The notes beneath the pieces are model-generated. The model was given only the letters and a program-made list of their open reading frames with translations, ran no database searches and was not told where the DNA came from. From Halarcobacter sp. (GTDB lineage Bacteria > Campylobacterota > Campylobacteria > Campylobacterales > Arcobacteraceae), in contig CP182352.1 of assembly GCA_048571215.1 (NCBI GenBank), positions 384,001 through 448,000 on the forward strand: a stretch of DNA of 64,000 nt, given 5' to 3'. Below, piece by piece: positions 62,525 to 64,000 of the stretch. Made by a program: the position numbers and the translations under genes. The stretch's first letter is position 1. Every line of letters starts with the position of its first letter.

Positions 62525-64000
62525 CTAAAATTTTATTTCATAACTAATACCAAAGATTGCACCTATATTTTCCCAACCAATTTTGGTCATATATCTTTCA
62601 TCTGTAATATTTTTTCCATAAAGTGATACTATGGCATCATAATTATATAGTTTATGATGATAATCAATTCCCATATCGATAACAGTAAAATCACCTACAT
62701 TATGGTACTTATTGTCGGTTGTAAAGAAGTTTGATTCAAAAGAACTAACATATTTTGCACTTATATTTGAATAGATTTTGTTATATGTATAACCTAGTTT
62801 CAATGAGAGTAAGTGATTTGGAATTTCATTGTTTTTAGTATCTGCTTTTACGTAAGAATAGTTTAGAAGATAATCAAAATTATCCATCTTCCCATCAAAT
62901 GAAATTTCTGCTCCATATCTTTTTTGGTCATATTGGCTAAAAACTATCTCAGGGTTAGTAGGTGTTCCTATATAATAAGGAAATTTCAAATTTTTAATAT
63001 CATAATAAAAAGCATTAACTTTTGATACAAGATTTTTTAGTGTATTCTCATACCCCAATTCATATCTAAACTGCTCCTCTTTATCTAAAGAATAACCATC
63101 ACCTTCACTTATGCTATTTGCAGGAGAATTTGAAGCATAAGCAAATTTCCCTGTTAATGCATTTGACTCATTAAGTTTATATAAAGCTCCCAAAGAGGTA
63201 TTTAATGTTGCTTTAGTCCAGGTATTTTCTATCATTGATACTTTTGTATTGTTTACCATACCTCCAAATGAGGTAGAAACATTTGGACTATATCTTTCTA
63301 GTAATGAATCAATATGTTTTTTATCCACTCTAATAGCTTCATCAATAATTAATTTATCATTTATAAAATGTTCAGCTTGAAAAAATGCTCCATAAATTTG
63401 TTCTTTTCTTTCATAACCTTCATAAAATAGTTCTCCATTTGGAGAATCATACCAAATAGCCTGACCCCCAACTTTATATATATTATCATCATATTTCATT
63501 GTATGTTTAATATTGATTGAATCATTGGTTTGAGAACCCACAAAATAGGCATTTGTCACACCTATTGTATCTTGGTTGTGATGCCAGTTTGATTTTGCAT
63601 GGGATAGGGTGATATCTGTAATTTGGTTTTCATTCCATTTTTTTGATATAGAGAGATTTATGAATCTATTTTCAAATGGTTCATATTTCCAATAAGCATT
63701 GTAAAACTTACTGATAGGTAGATTTGCTTTTTGAATCTCTTGAAAATATTTTGAATAAAAACCACTTAATTCAATAACAAAATCGTTTTCTTCTATTCCC
63801 ACTTTAAAAAAACCACTTCCCCCTTCATTTGCATTGTTATATCCATCTTTCCCTTGAGTATCTAAGCTATTTACTGAGAGAATATAATAGATGTTATTGT
63901 TAATTCCACTGTAATAAGCACTGGCTTTCTTTGTATTAAAGCTCTCATAGGCAAGTTTTATTCCTCCTATATTTTCAATTGGCTTTTTAGTTTTTATTAC
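62525..64000 (-). CDS. TonB-dependent outer membrane receptor, C-terminal part; start lies beyond the window
   Basis: Frame open to 64000 (VIKTKKP plug end), beta-barrel pattern, terminal YEIKF; upstream of exbBD-tonB. Confidence 0.9.
   Translation of the reverse strand, partial: VIKTKKPIENIGGIKLAYESFNTKKASAYYSGINNNIYYILSVNSLDTQGKDGYNNANEGGSGFFKVGIEENDFVIELSGFYSKYFQEIQKANLPISKFYNAYWKYEPFENRFINLSISKKWNENQITDITLSHAKSNWHHNQDTIGVTNAYFVGSQTNDSINIKHTMKYDDNIYKVGGQAIWYDSPNGELFYEGYERKEQIYGAFFQAEHFINDKLIIDEAIRVDKKHIDSLLERYSPNVSTSFGGMVNNTKVSMIENTWTKATLNTSLGALYKLNESNALTGKFAYASNSPANSISEGDGYSLDKEEQFRYELGYENTLKNLVSKVNAFYYDIKNLKFPYYIGTPTNPEIVFSQYDQKRYGAEISFDGKMDNFDYLLNYSYVKADTKNNEIPNHLLSLKLGYTYNKIYSNISAKYVSSFESNFFTTDNKYHNVGDFTVIDMGIDYHHKLYNYDAIVSLYGKNITDERYMTKIGWENIGAIFGISYEIKF

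Overview
Very AT-rich bacterial chromosome segment. Gene content and the tmRNA tag (ANNTNYAPAYAKAA) point to Campylobacterota, probably Arcobacteraceae (inference). Layout: (1) 1-7.7 kb is an accessory island at the 3' end of a minus-strand tmRNA (7695-8093). It carries several repeated att-like cores, an IS110, an ATPase-TOPRIM protein, a PIN-like protein, an AlpA remnant and a Fic toxin-antitoxin pair. (2) 8.2-37.2 kb is mostly core genome: spermidine synthesis, two ppk2, tig-clpP-def, cti, era, competence/T2SS-like genes, folE, mgtE, purL, Amt-GGDEF and purH. (3) 37.2-51.6 kb is a second accessory hotspot behind purH, with a large orphan membrane protein, a second IS110 copy, an MCP and a run of co-oriented cassette-like genes with decayed attC-like hairpins. 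(4) 51.6-64 kb holds metabolic genes and a TonB-ExbBD-receptor locus. The strongest unannotated signal is the non-coding left end of the IS110. It reads as a complete bridge-RNA architecture whose four guide segments match the reconstructed donor junction and the target site, and that target lies inside a dispersed palindromic repeat family. All calls were made by eye, with no database searches.
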